51,868 bases of DNA from Promethearchaeota archaeon (GCA_019058015.1 JAHLWH010000122.1:1-51868); one strand, 5' to 3'; positions 18,580-29,403 are shown, counted from the stretch's first letter. The notes: a model not told the origin generated them from the sequence alone. Translations and numbers: made by a program.

Positions 18580-20133
18580 ATGCAAGAAAAAATTTTTGAT
18601 GAAAACCGAGATATTTCGACTTATGAAGTTATTGTCGTTGGTGCTGGGCTAGGAGGACTCGGAGCTGCTTGTCAGCTTGCTCTTTTAGGGAAAGAAGTTT
18701 TATTACTCGAAAAACACAACGTACCGGGTGGGTTTGCAACTTCTTTCGTTAGGGGGCGATTTGAGTTTGAAGGAGCTCTGCATGAATTAAGTGATATTGG
18801 GGATGAAACTAATAAAGGAGGTCTTTATAGATACTTAGAAAAAATTGGGATACTCCCCGATAAGCTTAAGTTCAATTATGTTCCAGAGTTTTATCGGAGT
18901 GTGTTTCACGATGGATATGATGTTACTATTCCATTTGGTTTTGAGGAATATACTAATAAATTGATAGAACAATTTCCTGCCGAAAAAAAGGGAATAGAAG
19001 AATTTATGGAAATGTGCAAAGCAATGTTAGCTGGGATTCAGTACATAGCATCTAAGGGCGGTAAATTTTCACCAGGTGAAATCCTTAAAGTACATCCGTG
19101 GCTTGCACGCGTCTCGGGAATCACGCTTCAAGAACTTTTTGATAAATTTTTCAAAGACCAAAAATTAATGTGTGTAATAGCTCAACTCTGGGGATATCTT
19201 GGTTTACCACCGAATAGATTGAATGCATATGCATATATTGCAATGTTAATATTTTACTTAAAATGGGGAGCAGCCTTTCCAATAGGACGATCTCATGCAT
19301 TTACAAGTGCAATGATAAAATCTTTTGAAGAATTAGGAGGGAAAGTAAGATTAAATGCCTTGGTGAATCGTATCCTTGTGGAAAACGGACGAGTTGCTGG
19401 TGTCGAACTTTTAAATGGCGATATTTATCGATGTGAGGCAGTCATATCAAATGTCAATCCAATATGTACGGCAATGAAAATGTTACCACAAGAAATTTTG
19501 CCAGAAAGTTATAAAAAGAGTATTTATGCTCCAGAAATTGGAGTTTCTGCATTTTCAGTCTATATAGGATTAAATGCATCACATAAAAAATTGGGATTTA
19601 ATGCTCATGAAACTTTTATTAATACAACTTACGATACATCCCATGCTTTCGAAACTTTCACAAAAATTGAAGCTCCAATGTATATGGTTGTAGCGTGTTA
19701 TAATCACATTGATGAAACTATATCTCCCCCAGGAACAACACAACTTGTTCTCACTACTCTACAAATGGGCAAACTTTGGCAAGGAGTTTCTCCTGATCAA
19801 TACCACAATATTAAAGATGATATTGCAGATAAAATGATTGCAATAGTTGAACAATATCTCTGCCCAGATTTACGCGATTATATAGAAGTAGCAGAAGCAG
19901 CAACCCCACTTACATATTATAGATACTCAAAAAATATGGAAGGCGCAATATACGGATACACCCAAGACGTCATGAATGGACCAATGCTTCGATTAAAAAG
20001 CCGGGGAGCCATTCCCGGATTATATCAAGTGGGAGCTTGGACTAATTTCGGCGGAGGATACTCAACCACAATCCTTGGTGGCCGAATCGCCGCAGGAATG
20101 TATTTAAAAGATATAAAGGAGGGGAAGTGGTAA
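18580..20133 (+). CDS. Phytoene dehydrogenase / retinol saturase-like FAD oxidoreductase
   Basis: VVGAGLGGL..LLEKHNVPGG.ATSF.RGRFEFE, ATPLT..RY..GAIYG, GLYQVG. Confidence 0.85.
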   Translation: MQEKIFDENRDISTYEVIVVGAGLGGLGAACQLALLGKEVLLLEKHNVPGGFATSFVRGRFEFEGALHELSDIGDETNKGGLYRYLEKIGILPDKLKFNYVPEFYRSVFHDGYDVTIPFGFEEYTNKLIEQFPAEKKGIEEFMEMCKAMLAGIQYIASKGGKFSPGEILKVHPWLARVSGITLQELFDKFFKDQKLMCVIAQLWGYLGLPPNRLNAYAYIAMLIFYLKWGAAFPIGRSHAFTSAMIKSFEELGGKVRLNALVNRILVENGRVAGVELLNGDIYRCEAVISNVNPICTAMKMLPQEILPESYKKSIYAPEIGVSAFSVYIGLNASHKKLGFNAHETFINTTYDTSHAFETFTKIEAPMYMVVACYNHIDETISPPGTTQLVLTTLQMGKLWQGVSPDQYHNIKDDIADKMIAIVEQYLCPDLRDYIEVAEAATPLTYYRYSKNMEGAIYGYTQDVMNGPMLRLKSRGAIPGLYQVGAWTNFGGGYSTTILGGRIAAGMYLKDIKEGKW

Positions 20134-20137
20134 AATC

Positions 20138-21325
20138 ATGATGGAAGATATTAAAAAATATCAAAAAGCCGAAAAATTAAAGAAATGGCGAGATCAAGTT
20201 GAACCAACACCTTGGTATTATGATGGGTTAGAAAACCTATGCAACCGACTCCATCCCCAGAATCAGTTGCTAAAAGTTACTGATATAGAACAACTCTCAA
20301 GAGATACTAAATTGTTTCGATTAGTTTCCGTAAAACCTAAGCAATTATTGGCACCATTCCGTGCCGGTCAATATATTGGCTTTACAATAGAAATAAATAA
20401 TGTCAGAACAAGTCGCCCTTATTCGCTTGTATCATCCCCGAATCAATTAGCGTACTATGAATTAGGCATCAAGAAAAAAGAAGGAGGATTTGTAAGCCCA
20501 TACCTCTTTGAAAACACAAAAGTTGGAGACATTATTGAAGCCACCGAACCCATGGGAAATCTTTACTATAATAGACTTTTCCATGGAAAAAACTTAGTAT
20601 TTATTGCAGGAGGTTCCGGTTGTACTCCATTTATCTCAATGTTGCGAGATATCTCAGAGCGGGATCTTCCCCTTAATGTCTGGATGTTATTCGGATGCTT
20701 AACTGAGGAAGATATTTTATTTCGAAATGTATTAAAAGATATCCAAAAACGACGGTCATATATCAAAGTTGTAAATATTCTCTCGGAAGCAGGTTCTGAA
20801 TGGACCGGAGAATCTGGATTTATTACAAAAGATAAAATTTTAAAAGTAATTGGCTCCATCGAGAAAAAATTCTTTTATATTGTCGGGAATCGACCAATGT
20901 ATCATTTTGTTTTAGATGAATTAAAAGAATTGGGTGTCCCACAACATCGTATCGCACATGAGGCTTTCGGAGTGCCAGATGACATAACTCAGATTATGGG
21001 ATGGCCAGTAGAGATTGATACATCTAAAAAAATTCAAATTACTATTGATTTTAGGCGATATGGAAAGATCGAACAAAAAGTAATTGAAGCATCATGTACA
21101 GAGCCCATATTAAACAGCCTCGAACGTGCAGAACTGAAAGAACTCGAAATTAAAAGTGGGTGTCGCTCTGGGGAATGTGCTCTCTGCAGGACGAAACTCG
21201 TATTCGGTAAAATTTTTATACCACCTGAAGTAACAACCAGAGAGGCCGATAAAAACTATAATTTTATCCACCCATGCATTTCTTATCCAATCACTGACAT
21301 TCACTTAAATTTAAATGAAACCTAA
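20138..21325 (+). CDS. FAD/NAD(P)-binding reductase with C-terminal 2Fe-2S ferredoxin domain (PaaE/KshB-type architecture)
   Basis: FRAGQY..RPYSL..GFVS..IAGGSGCTPFISM, then CRSGECALC..C. Confidence 0.88.
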   Translation: MMEDIKKYQKAEKLKKWRDQVEPTPWYYDGLENLCNRLHPQNQLLKVTDIEQLSRDTKLFRLVSVKPKQLLAPFRAGQYIGFTIEINNVRTSRPYSLVSSPNQLAYYELGIKKKEGGFVSPYLFENTKVGDIIEATEPMGNLYYNRLFHGKNLVFIAGGSGCTPFISMLRDISERDLPLNVWMLFGCLTEEDILFRNVLKDIQKRRSYIKVVNILSEAGSEWTGESGFITKDKILKVIGSIEKKFFYIVGNRPMYHFVLDELKELGVPQHRIAHEAFGVPDDITQIMGWPVEIDTSKKIQITIDFRRYGKIEQKVIEASCTEPILNSLERAELKELEIKSGCRSGECALCRTKLVFGKIFIPPEVTTREADKNYNFIHPCISYPITDIHLNLNET

Positions 21326-21479
21326 AGCTTTTCTTTTTTATTTCTTTTTTTAATCGTTTTTCAATTTAGATCAAAATTAAGAAAAGAGAGTCTGAAATTA
21401 TCAAGTTTTAAATTTAATTTGATCTAATATATAGTATTATCTTTTTTAATTATTAAAAATAAAAAATGATGATTTAAAA

Positions 21480-23177
21480 GTGAGTGTAGAAAAAATTTGG
21501 TTAAAATCATATGATAAACACGTCCCTGAAACCCTAACCTATTCAAATGATGATGTCGGAACCGCTATGAGTAAAGCGATGAATAGATTCCCAGATAGAA
21601 TTGCATTTCATTTCATGGATTATACGATGACTTATAAAGAACTATTTGAATTATGTCAAATATTTGCCTCGTTTTTGCAAAAAAATGGTTTAAAAAAGGG
21701 TGATGTCGTTTCTGTAAATCTTGCAAATATGCCCCAATACTTAATCGCTGTTTATGGGACTTATCTAGCAGGTGGTACTGTTGCTGGATGCTCTCCCCTC
21801 TTAAGTGCTGATGAGATGGCTTTTCAGTTAAATGATAGTAGTGCTAAATTTTTAGTTACTATGGATATTATTTACGCAAAAAGAATGCCCCAAATTCTGG
21901 ATAATTTACCAAAACTCGAAGTTATCATTCCTACAAATATTTCTGAATATATGGGGTTCTCTAGTTTTAAAGTATTTATGGGTAAGTTAATAAAAAAAAT
22001 TCCTAAGGGGAAAATAAAACCATGGCCAGGAAAAAAAGTAGTTCCTTTTCAAGAAGTAATGACCACTCCAATCGATATAAAAAAAGTTGAAATTGACCCT
22101 AAAAAAGATTTAGCATTAATTCAATATACAGGTGGAACCACTGGAACTCCCAAAGGAACTGAAATTACTCATTTTAATTGGATAGCGAATATGCATCAAT
22201 TTGATGTATGGCTTAAGAGAGAAATAGGAACTGATGTTGTTCTTTGTGCTTTTCCTTATTTCCACATCGCCGGATTCTTTGTTGGGTTATTCTTGACGTA
22301 TATTTCAGCCTCATCTATTATTATAGCAAATCCACGTGACACAGATCATATAATTCATGAAATGATCGATAAAAAAATTACTGTTTTTGGAAATGTGCCT
22401 ACTTTGTTTTTAATGGTTCAACGTAATCCAAAATCCAAGGAAATCCCAGATGAAATATTGGATAACATTACTTTATATGTTTCTGGAGCTGCACCCTTTC
22501 CAGCTGAAGCAGTTAGAGATTTTGAAAAAGATTTTCATTCGGCAAATAAGTTCGTAGAGGTTTATGGTATGACCGAAACAGCAGTTTTGGCTACGGTAAA
22601 TCCTGCATTTGGCAAGAAGAAGATTGGAAGTGTTGGTCTTCCATTACCCGATACAGAGATAAAACTTGTGGATGTAGAAACCGGAGAACAGGTTGAACTC
22701 GGTAAGCCTGGTGAAATATTGATAAAAGGGCCACAAGTAGTACGAGGATATCATAATAAACCTGATGCTACAGCAGTAACTTTTACTGAGGGATGGATAC
22801 ACACAGGAGATGTAGGTATTTTTGATGAAGAAGGATATTTAAGAATAGTTGACCGCACAAAAGACATGCTGAGTGTATCCGGATTTAAGGTTTATAGTGT
22901 GCATGTTGAAGATGTAATGACCAAACATCCAGACATACAATTAATGGCAATCATTGGACTCCCTGATAAAGACAGGCCGGGAAGCGAAATTGTGAAAGCT
23001 GTAATTCAATTAAAAGAAGGAATTGAAGCAACTGATAAAGTGAAAGAAAACATTAAGAAATTTGCGCAGGAGAATCTGGCAAAGTATGAAGTTCCAAAAC
23101 AATGGGATTTTCGTGATGAACTCCCATTAACAGCAATTGGTAAAGTGCTGAAAAGAGCACTTAGAGAAGAAAAGTAA
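21480..23177 (+). CDS. fadD: Long-chain acyl-CoA synthetase (AMP-forming)
   Basis: YTGGTTGTPKG, YGMTE, HTGD, DRTKDM, GKVLKR. Confidence 0.92.
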   Translation: MSVEKIWLKSYDKHVPETLTYSNDDVGTAMSKAMNRFPDRIAFHFMDYTMTYKELFELCQIFASFLQKNGLKKGDVVSVNLANMPQYLIAVYGTYLAGGTVAGCSPLLSADEMAFQLNDSSAKFLVTMDIIYAKRMPQILDNLPKLEVIIPTNISEYMGFSSFKVFMGKLIKKIPKGKIKPWPGKKVVPFQEVMTTPIDIKKVEIDPKKDLALIQYTGGTTGTPKGTEITHFNWIANMHQFDVWLKREIGTDVVLCAFPYFHIAGFFVGLFLTYISASSIIIANPRDTDHIIHEMIDKKITVFGNVPTLFLMVQRNPKSKEIPDEILDNITLYVSGAAPFPAEAVRDFEKDFHSANKFVEVYGMTETAVLATVNPAFGKKKIGSVGLPLPDTEIKLVDVETGEQVELGKPGEILIKGPQVVRGYHNKPDATAVTFTEGWIHTGDVGIFDEEGYLRIVDRTKDMLSVSGFKVYSVHVEDVMTKHPDIQLMAIIGLPDKDRPGSEIVKAVIQLKEGIEATDKVKENIKKFAQENLAKYEVPKQWDFRDELPLTAIGKVLKRALREEK

Positions 23178-23348
23178 TAATATTTTATTTCTTAAATTTC
23201 TATTTTTTATTTTTTTTAAATTCTTTATTTTGTTATTTACAAAGCAAATTTTTTTTATTTAGCACTCTTATACTATAAAAGAGAGAGAACTTATATGTAA
23301 TCATAAAATATTCAAAAATCTAGTAAATATACAATTATTTGAAAAATT

Positions 23349-23702
23349 TTGCTGAATCTTAAAGAAATCTTGAAAAAAAAAGCTGAAAGAAAAAGAAAAT
23401 TACTTTCATCTTTGGAGTCTCTAATAGATCAATTAAAAAATCTTGGAGCATTAAAAATCATTCTTTTTGGATCCCTTGTAAGAGATGAAATAGATATAGA
23501 TAGTGATCTCGATTTATTTGTAATCATGCCTTCAAATATGACCGGAAAGAAATGGTTGAATTTAATATACAGTGAAGTTGAAAGGGGAATTTCATCAGAT
23601 ATAATTGTGTTTAATCTTGAAGAATTTAACAAAAATTTGCCTTATAGTTCTTTTTTGAATAACATCGTTAACTCAGGAAGAGTTATATATGAAAAAACCT
23701 AA
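23349..23702 (+). CDS. Minimal nucleotidyltransferase (MNT), antitoxin of an MNT-HEPN pair
   Basis: ILFGSLVRDEIDIDSDLDL (GSx10DxD); overlaps the HEPN gene. Confidence 0.85.
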   Translation: MLNLKEILKKKAERKRKLLSSLESLIDQLKNLGALKIILFGSLVRDEIDIDSDLDLFVIMPSNMTGKKWLNLIYSEVERGISSDIIVFNLEEFNKNLPYSSFLNNIVNSGRVIYEKT

Positions 23703-24105
23703 TAAAGAAGAAGCATTGAGATGGTTTACTCAAGCACAGGATGAATTTCTCGATTCAGATGATTTAAGAAAAAGAGAGCGATTTTATCTTGCCTTATTTC
23801 ATTTCCAACAAGCCGCAATAAAAGCACTTAAAGCATTTTTATATTTAAAAGTGAAATCCATAGAAGTTTTTTTTACACATTCCATTAATGATTTACTAAA
23901 TGTGGCAATTGAAATCGATACAGAATTCAAGGAAATCGCATCCGTGAAGAAGTTAGACCAATATTATATTCCAACAAGATATCCAAACGGACTTCCCAGG
24001 GGAATACCTTCTAGATATTTCGATGATCCCAGAGAAGCAAAGGATGCAATGCTACTGGCTAAGAAATTGATTGATCTGGTTGAAAAAAAATTGAAACAAG
24101 AATAG
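23689..24105 (+). CDS. HEPN domain protein
   Basis: A.RW..QA..E, FHFQQAA.KALKA, THS, LDQYYIPTRYPN. Confidence 0.85.
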   Translation: MKKPNKEEALRWFTQAQDEFLDSDDLRKRERFYLALFHFQQAAIKALKAFLYLKVKSIEVFFTHSINDLLNVAIEIDTEFKEIASVKKLDQYYIPTRYPNGLPRGIPSRYFDDPREAKDAMLLAKKLIDLVEKKLKQE

Positions 24106-24191
24106 AGGGATATTTCGAATGTGTATTAATATTGATAAAAAGGAAAAAAAGAAATGATTAAATTAATAATCATTTAATGAATCTTTAAACT

Positions 24192-25631
24192 TTAACTATT
24201 AATTTCTTCTTGTTTTTTAGCAACAGGAGGTTTGAATCCTTCAGGAAATGGAGATTTATAGGGACTATCTTTAGTAGCTTCCTCAAATTCCAATTTTGCT
24301 CGATCAACTAATTCGAGATTGCTCATGAATTCTATAGCAGATAATGCTAATATTTTTGCTGCTGTTAACATACCTTTATGACCAATACTCATACCTGACG
24401 TGCATACATTTTGCCAAGAGTGCTGTGGAGATCCCATAATTTGACAAGTTGTAGCAAATTCACCCAATGGCGTGACTCTTGATACATCAGAAACATCTGA
24501 AGAGCCAGGCATAATTTTTCCTTTGCCGATTCCAGGAATTATAATTGTGTTTAAGGGTTGACTAAAAATTTGCTGAGCCATTTTTTGGAAATTAGGAGGA
24601 ATTAAACTTGTAAAAGCATCCAATGTACCAGGCGGTAAAGTTTTTTTGAGTCTCTCTGCAAATTCTCGATCTTTCTCATCAAATTTAGGACTACCAACCT
24701 TTTTCATTTTAGAAAGAATTACAGCTCCGATTACATCATTACGTAAAGGATTGTATGTTCCTCCTAAAAAATCTATTTCCATTTTGGTTTCTGTCATTAA
24801 TGTCGCACCTTCAGCTACTTTAATTACGCGTTTATAAAGTTTCTCAACCGAATGACGCTCAGGTGCTCTAATAAAGTAATACACTTCTGCTTCATCTGGT
24901 ACAACATTTGGGGCTTTACCACCATTTGTAATTACATAATGAATTCTAGCTTCAGGTATCATATGTTCTCGCATATAATTAACACCAATATTCATAAGTT
25001 CTACAGCATCTAATGCACTGCGTCCATTTTGTGGATCAAAAGCTGCATGAGCTGTACGACCATGGAATCTAAATTTCACATAATTTATTGCTAAAAGTGA
25101 CACATCAGCTAATGCATTCATAAAAGCAGGATGCCATGTTAGAGTAATATCTACGTCTTTAAATGATCCAGCTTTTATCATATAACCCTTACTGTTAAAT
25201 TTTTCCTCCGCGGGACAGCCATAATATCTAATAGTTCCATCAGTATCTCCAGCAATAATTGCATTTTTTACTGCTAAAACAGCTCCCAAAGAACCTGTTC
25301 CTAGTAAATTATGCCCACACCCATGTCCTGGCGCCCCTTCTTTTAATGGTTTTTTTATTGGTTCAGCTATTTGACTTAAACCTGGCAAGGCGTCATATTC
25401 GCCTAAAATGGCAATCACAGGCTTCTTATTACCATAGCTAGCATAAAATGCTGTAGGCATTCCTGCTACATTTTTTTCAACCGAAAAACCCTCCTCTTTT
25501 AATGTTTTAATTAAAAGATTTGTAGATTTGAATTCTTGAAATCCTACTTCTGCAAATTCCCAAATTTTATTACTAATATCTATTAATCTTTGCCGATTTT
25601 CTTTAATCCAATTTGCAAATTTTTTTGACAA
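24192..25631 (-). CDS. abgB: M20 amidohydrolase, p-aminobenzoyl-glutamate hydrolase subunit B-like
   Basis: GEYDALPGLSQ, GHGCGHNLLG, GCPAEE, GRSALDAVELMNIGVNYMREH, GSSDV, HSWQ. Confidence 0.85.
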   Translation of the reverse strand: MSKKFANWIKENRQRLIDISNKIWEFAEVGFQEFKSTNLLIKTLKEEGFSVEKNVAGMPTAFYASYGNKKPVIAILGEYDALPGLSQIAEPIKKPLKEGAPGHGCGHNLLGTGSLGAVLAVKNAIIAGDTDGTIRYYGCPAEEKFNSKGYMIKAGSFKDVDITLTWHPAFMNALADVSLLAINYVKFRFHGRTAHAAFDPQNGRSALDAVELMNIGVNYMREHMIPEARIHYVITNGGKAPNVVPDEAEVYYFIRAPERHSVEKLYKRVIKVAEGATLMTETKMEIDFLGGTYNPLRNDVIGAVILSKMKKVGSPKFDEKDREFAERLKKTLPPGTLDAFTSLIPPNFQKMAQQIFSQPLNTIIIPGIGKGKIMPGSSDVSDVSRVTPLGEFATTCQIMGSPQHSWQNVCTSGMSIGHKGMLTAAKILALSAIEFMSNLELVDRAKLEFEEATKDSPYKSPFPEGFKPPVAKKQEEINS

Positions 25632-25717
25632 ATTTATTCCCTTTTTTTAATAGGTGCGTTTCCAATAATAAAAATGATTAAAAAAAAATATATGTTTTAT
25701 ATTATAATTAAATTTTA

Positions 25718-27031
25718 CTATTGTTTCTTAGTTTTATGCTCATATGTTTTTGGATCGAGAGTCAAAAACGTTATTATACCTACATTTGAAAGAATTGCCA
25801 TAAATATAAAAACAACAGAATAAATAAGATATGTATCTGAAGTAATTTCTGACATTAATTCAAATATTATTCCAGTGAGAATTAATCCTAACATCGTCCC
25901 AAAATTAACAAATGAAGCACTTAGAGCAAAATAAGAACTGCGAACCTCATGATATTCTCTTGAATATCCACTAGCAATAGCACCAAAACTCGAGTGACTC
26001 CAACCACTCGCAGATCCTACTATGATTACAAAAATTAATAATATTACTACAGAAACAGGAATTAGTAATAAAAGTAAAGAACCTGTTATAAGAACTAGTG
26101 ACAAATAATAAGCAAATCTTCTTGATTTTAAATCTGCAAAGTAACCTCCGAGAATGGCACCTAATAGTATGCCTCCTCCTGCTATTGCTGATATAAAAGC
26201 TATTGGTTCATATAAATTAATTTCTGCTTCCAACATTTCAATAGTAGCACCTTCAGCCGCAATTATACCTGCACGGATCAAAATGTAAAGAGAAATAACT
26301 GAAAAAATGACTCCATCAATAATCGCAGTAAAAAAAGAAAAACTGAATAGTTTCCAGTTTTCACCTTTACCGATTATTAATTTAAGATTACTTAAGTAAT
26401 TTACTTTTCTTGGTTCTTCAATATCTTTAATATAAAGAATAAATGTCGCAAAGACTATAGTTAAGATTCCTAACATAATAAATATTAAATCTAATGGCAT
26501 TATATACATAAAAAGTAAAATTGCCGGACCACCAAGCACTATTCCTGCAGATCTAAATCCCCATGTTGCCCCTTGAATACGACCTAATTGATTTTTAGGA
26601 GTAATGTCGAGAATAAACCCATCTATCACAGTATCTGACATAGCCAATCCGAACATAGAAAAGAAACCCACTAAAATAATAATTGCAATAACTGCGCTAG
26701 GATTCGCATTAACTAGAATAGGTAAAAACATCACAACTAATCCACTAAAAATCAATGCTCCAAGAATCCACGGTTTTCTTCTTCCTAGTTTTTTAATACC
26801 ATACTTATCACTTAAAGCACCAAAAATTATTTTAATTATGAAGGGGATCATAATTATTGATCCTAAGAAGGCAATAGTAGAAGCTTCTACCGAACCTAGT
26901 ATTTCAAGTAAATAAATTGGTATAATAACCATAAACATACTTTGGGTTATTCCTTGTATTAAATAAAGCAGCGAGAAAATTAGAATATAAATATTTTTAA
27001 ATTGGTATTCTTGTTTTTCCATAATATACAC
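25718..27031 (-). CDS. MFS transporter, AmpG/acetyl-CoA transporter-like
   Basis: About 12 hydrophobic segments; LY..QG, PF.IK..FG.LSD..GRRKPWI, D..IDG. Confidence 0.85.
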   Translation of the reverse strand: MYIMEKQEYQFKNIYILIFSLLYLIQGITQSMFMVIIPIYLLEILGSVEASTIAFLGSIIMIPFIIKIIFGALSDKYGIKKLGRRKPWILGALIFSGLVVMFLPILVNANPSAVIAIIILVGFFSMFGLAMSDTVIDGFILDITPKNQLGRIQGATWGFRSAGIVLGGPAILLFMYIMPLDLIFIMLGILTIVFATFILYIKDIEEPRKVNYLSNLKLIIGKGENWKLFSFSFFTAIIDGVIFSVISLYILIRAGIIAAEGATIEMLEAEINLYEPIAFISAIAGGGILLGAILGGYFADLKSRRFAYYLSLVLITGSLLLLLIPVSVVILLIFVIIVGSASGWSHSSFGAIASGYSREYHEVRSSYFALSASFVNFGTMLGLILTGIIFELMSEITSDTYLIYSVVFIFMAILSNVGIITFLTLDPKTYEHKTKKQ

Positions 27032-27089
27032 TTATTTTTTTGATAAGAAATTCTAAAAGCCATATAACGCTCAACCTTACTATTAATAA

Positions 27090-27248
27090 ATCTTTCGAAA
27101 ATTAAAAAAAGGAATACTCTACTCTCCAGTAGAATATGAAAGTCAACCGTTTGACTACCCAATTGATGAGCCAGAACGCGCATATCGTCTCCCAGCTACA
27201 CGAAAACTATTAGATAAATTAGTTTCATATGAGACGTTTGAAATATAA
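27090..27248 (+). pseudogene. Start-less coding-like fragment, probably a 3' gene remnant
   Basis: Open frame ..GILYSPVEYESQPFDYPIDEPERAYRLPATRKLLDKLVSYETFEI*, richer in GC than its flanks, with no start codon. Confidence 0.3.
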
Positions 27249-27306
27249 TTAATTTATTGTAGATTTCCTTAATTAAATTTTAAAAATTACATGAATTTAA
27301 TCGTAT

Positions 27307-27540
27307 TTAGATTGTTTCTTCTTTCAATTTTACATTGAATAAACCTACAATTTTCTTTTTATCAAGGGCTAATTCTTTTGATTTTTTTTAGTAAAGTCGA
27401 TCATTTAATTTAAGGATCTTCTCTTGTAAGTGTTTTAAAACTCCATTTAATCCTGTTCCATGACTTACCTGATACGCAATTGTACGATAAATTCCAATTG
27501 CTCCTATTGCATCTAATTTATCTGCGTCGCTTAAAATTTT
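27307..27540 (-). pseudogene. HD-domain phosphohydrolase C-terminal remnant
   Basis: KILSDADKLDAIGAIGIYRT..HLQEKILKLNDRLY*KKSKELA..; 5'-truncated, with an internal TAA at 27390-27388. Confidence 0.8.
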
Positions 27541-27572
27541 AATTCACTTAAAAAGATATATTTTTAATTATT

Positions 27573-27941
27573 ATGTTATGTCGACATGGATTAGATAATA
27601 TCGCATGTCCAATTTGTAGGATTGGAAGTATTGTTACACCTCCTATCAATCTAGAAGTAGAAGATTCTCAATTGAAACTATTAGAACATACTAATCCGGT
27701 AATAAAAGAAATCCGAGATAAAAGAATTAAAATGTTAAACTTATTATCAGATAAAAAATCGAATTTGCGAGTTAATCCACATTTAATCCTTCCGGAACCA
27801 CCTTCAATCGGCAAAATTTCATTAATTGAACCCCCAATATATAAGAGATTGAAGGAGTTAGATGCCGAAATCCCAGAGGAATTCAATCCACAGCAAGAAG
27901 TTTCAATTAATTTACCAGATGGAAAAATTAAAAAAAATTGA
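27573..27941 (+). CDS. Hypothetical protein with N-terminal CxH..CxxC putative Zn-binding motif
   Basis: MLCRHGLDNIACPICR. Confidence 0.65.
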   Translation: MLCRHGLDNIACPICRIGSIVTPPINLEVEDSQLKLLEHTNPVIKEIRDKRIKMLNLLSDKKSNLRVNPHLILPEPPSIGKISLIEPPIYKRLKELDAEIPEEFNPQQEVSINLPDGKIKKN

Positions 27942-28042
27942 AAGTTGTGAATTAGTTTCTCATTTTTATTCAATGTTAAAATATATAATTATATTCAATC
28001 AATTTTTAGATAGTTTAATCAAAAAAAATTTGTGTAAATCTA

Positions 28043-29233
28043 ATGCAATATGCAGAAAGAATGAAATATTTGGGTACTGATACTGCTTTTCAAGTTCTTA
28101 AAAAAATTTCTGAGTTTCCAGAAGAGAGACACAAAAATATTATTTCTTTTGCAATTGGAGAACCTGATTTTGATACACCTGAGCATATAAAACAAGCGGG
28201 AATAAACGCGATAAAAGAGAATTATACGCATTACACACTCTCATCGGGATTTCCAGATCTTAGAAAAGCCATTGCAAATTATGTTACTAAAAACAAAAAG
28301 ATTCCGGTTGGACCAGAAAATATTATAATTTTACCCGCAGCCAAAATAGTAGCTTGTTATGCAATTCTCACCTGTACTAACCCTGGAGATGAGATAATCT
28401 ATCCTAATCCCGGATATCCAATTTATGAAAGCATAATTAACGTTTTTGGGTGCAAACCAGTTCCCGTTCAACTAAAAGAAGAAGAAGATTTTAATTTTAA
28501 TACTAATGAATTAGAGAGATTGATATCTGATAAAACCAAGATGATAATAATTAATAGTCCTCAAAATCCTACAGGTTCTATATTAACGGAGAGATCTCTT
28601 GACGTTATTTCTGAATTAGCACTCGAAAATGATATATGGATTCTTTCAGATGAAATATATTCTAACATAATTTATGATAATTTGAATTATAAATCCATTG
28701 CTCGTATTCCTAAAATGCAAGAAAGAACAATAATTCTTGATGGTTTTTCGAAATTTTTTGCGATGACTGGATGGAGGCTTGGTTATAGTATAACAAATCC
28801 AAAAGTAGCTGAAGAATTTGCTAAATGGTCAACAAATATTGTATCATGCCCTGCATCATTCACTCAACGGGCAGGATTAACTGCAATTTTAGAGGATAAA
28901 ACACCATCGTGGGAGATGGTTAAGGAATTTGAAAAACGTAGAAATCTAATTTGTAATAAACTTAACGCTATAGATGGAATTTCAGTTAGGAAGCCAAAAG
29001 GAGCATTTTACGTGTTTGCAAATGTAACTGAAGCGTGTAAAAAATTAAAATTAAAAGGATCTTTAGAATTTCAAGATTACTTGTTGGAAAAAGCAGATGT
29101 TGCGGTTTTAGCCAGAGAATATTTTGGAAATCGGCTACTGGAAGAAAATCAGGATTATGTAAGATTTTCTTACTGTATTTCACAAGAGGATATCATTGAA
29201 GGTATAGAGAGAATCCAGACAATCGTAGAATAA
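28043..29233 (+). CDS. Class I/II PLP-dependent (aspartate-type) aminotransferase
   Basis: IGEPDFDTP, NSPQNPTG, SDEIY, FSKFFAMTGWRLGY, PKGAFY. Confidence 0.93.
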   Translation: MQYAERMKYLGTDTAFQVLKKISEFPEERHKNIISFAIGEPDFDTPEHIKQAGINAIKENYTHYTLSSGFPDLRKAIANYVTKNKKIPVGPENIIILPAAKIVACYAILTCTNPGDEIIYPNPGYPIYESIINVFGCKPVPVQLKEEEDFNFNTNELERLISDKTKMIIINSPQNPTGSILTERSLDVISELALENDIWILSDEIYSNIIYDNLNYKSIARIPKMQERTIILDGFSKFFAMTGWRLGYSITNPKVAEEFAKWSTNIVSCPASFTQRAGLTAILEDKTPSWEMVKEFEKRRNLICNKLNAIDGISVRKPKGAFYVFANVTEACKKLKLKGSLEFQDYLLEKADVAVLAREYFGNRLLEENQDYVRFSYCISQEDIIEGIERIQTIVE

Positions 29234-29403
29234 AAAACATTACCGAAAAATTACATCCAAATAAAAAATTTAAATAAATGTGAAAAAACTTTCTAAAACT
29301 TCTGAATTATTATAAAATTTTTTTCAAATTAACCCAATAACTTTAATTTCAAATTTAAATATTTACACAATGCAATTCTATGTATTCTCTCTATAAATTT
29401 TTT

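Noticed and set aside
27105-27205. GC-richer segment with hairpins (AGTCAA-ccgt-TTGACT; TACTCTACT-ctcc-AGTAGAATA next to a minus-strand U-tract) upstream of the MFS gene, resembling a riboswitch, attenuator or hammerhead
   Set aside because: It matches no riboswitch consensus I know and the hammerhead stem II does not pair. A clean protein-like frame on the plus strand explains the GC content better. An Infernal/Rfam scan would settle it.
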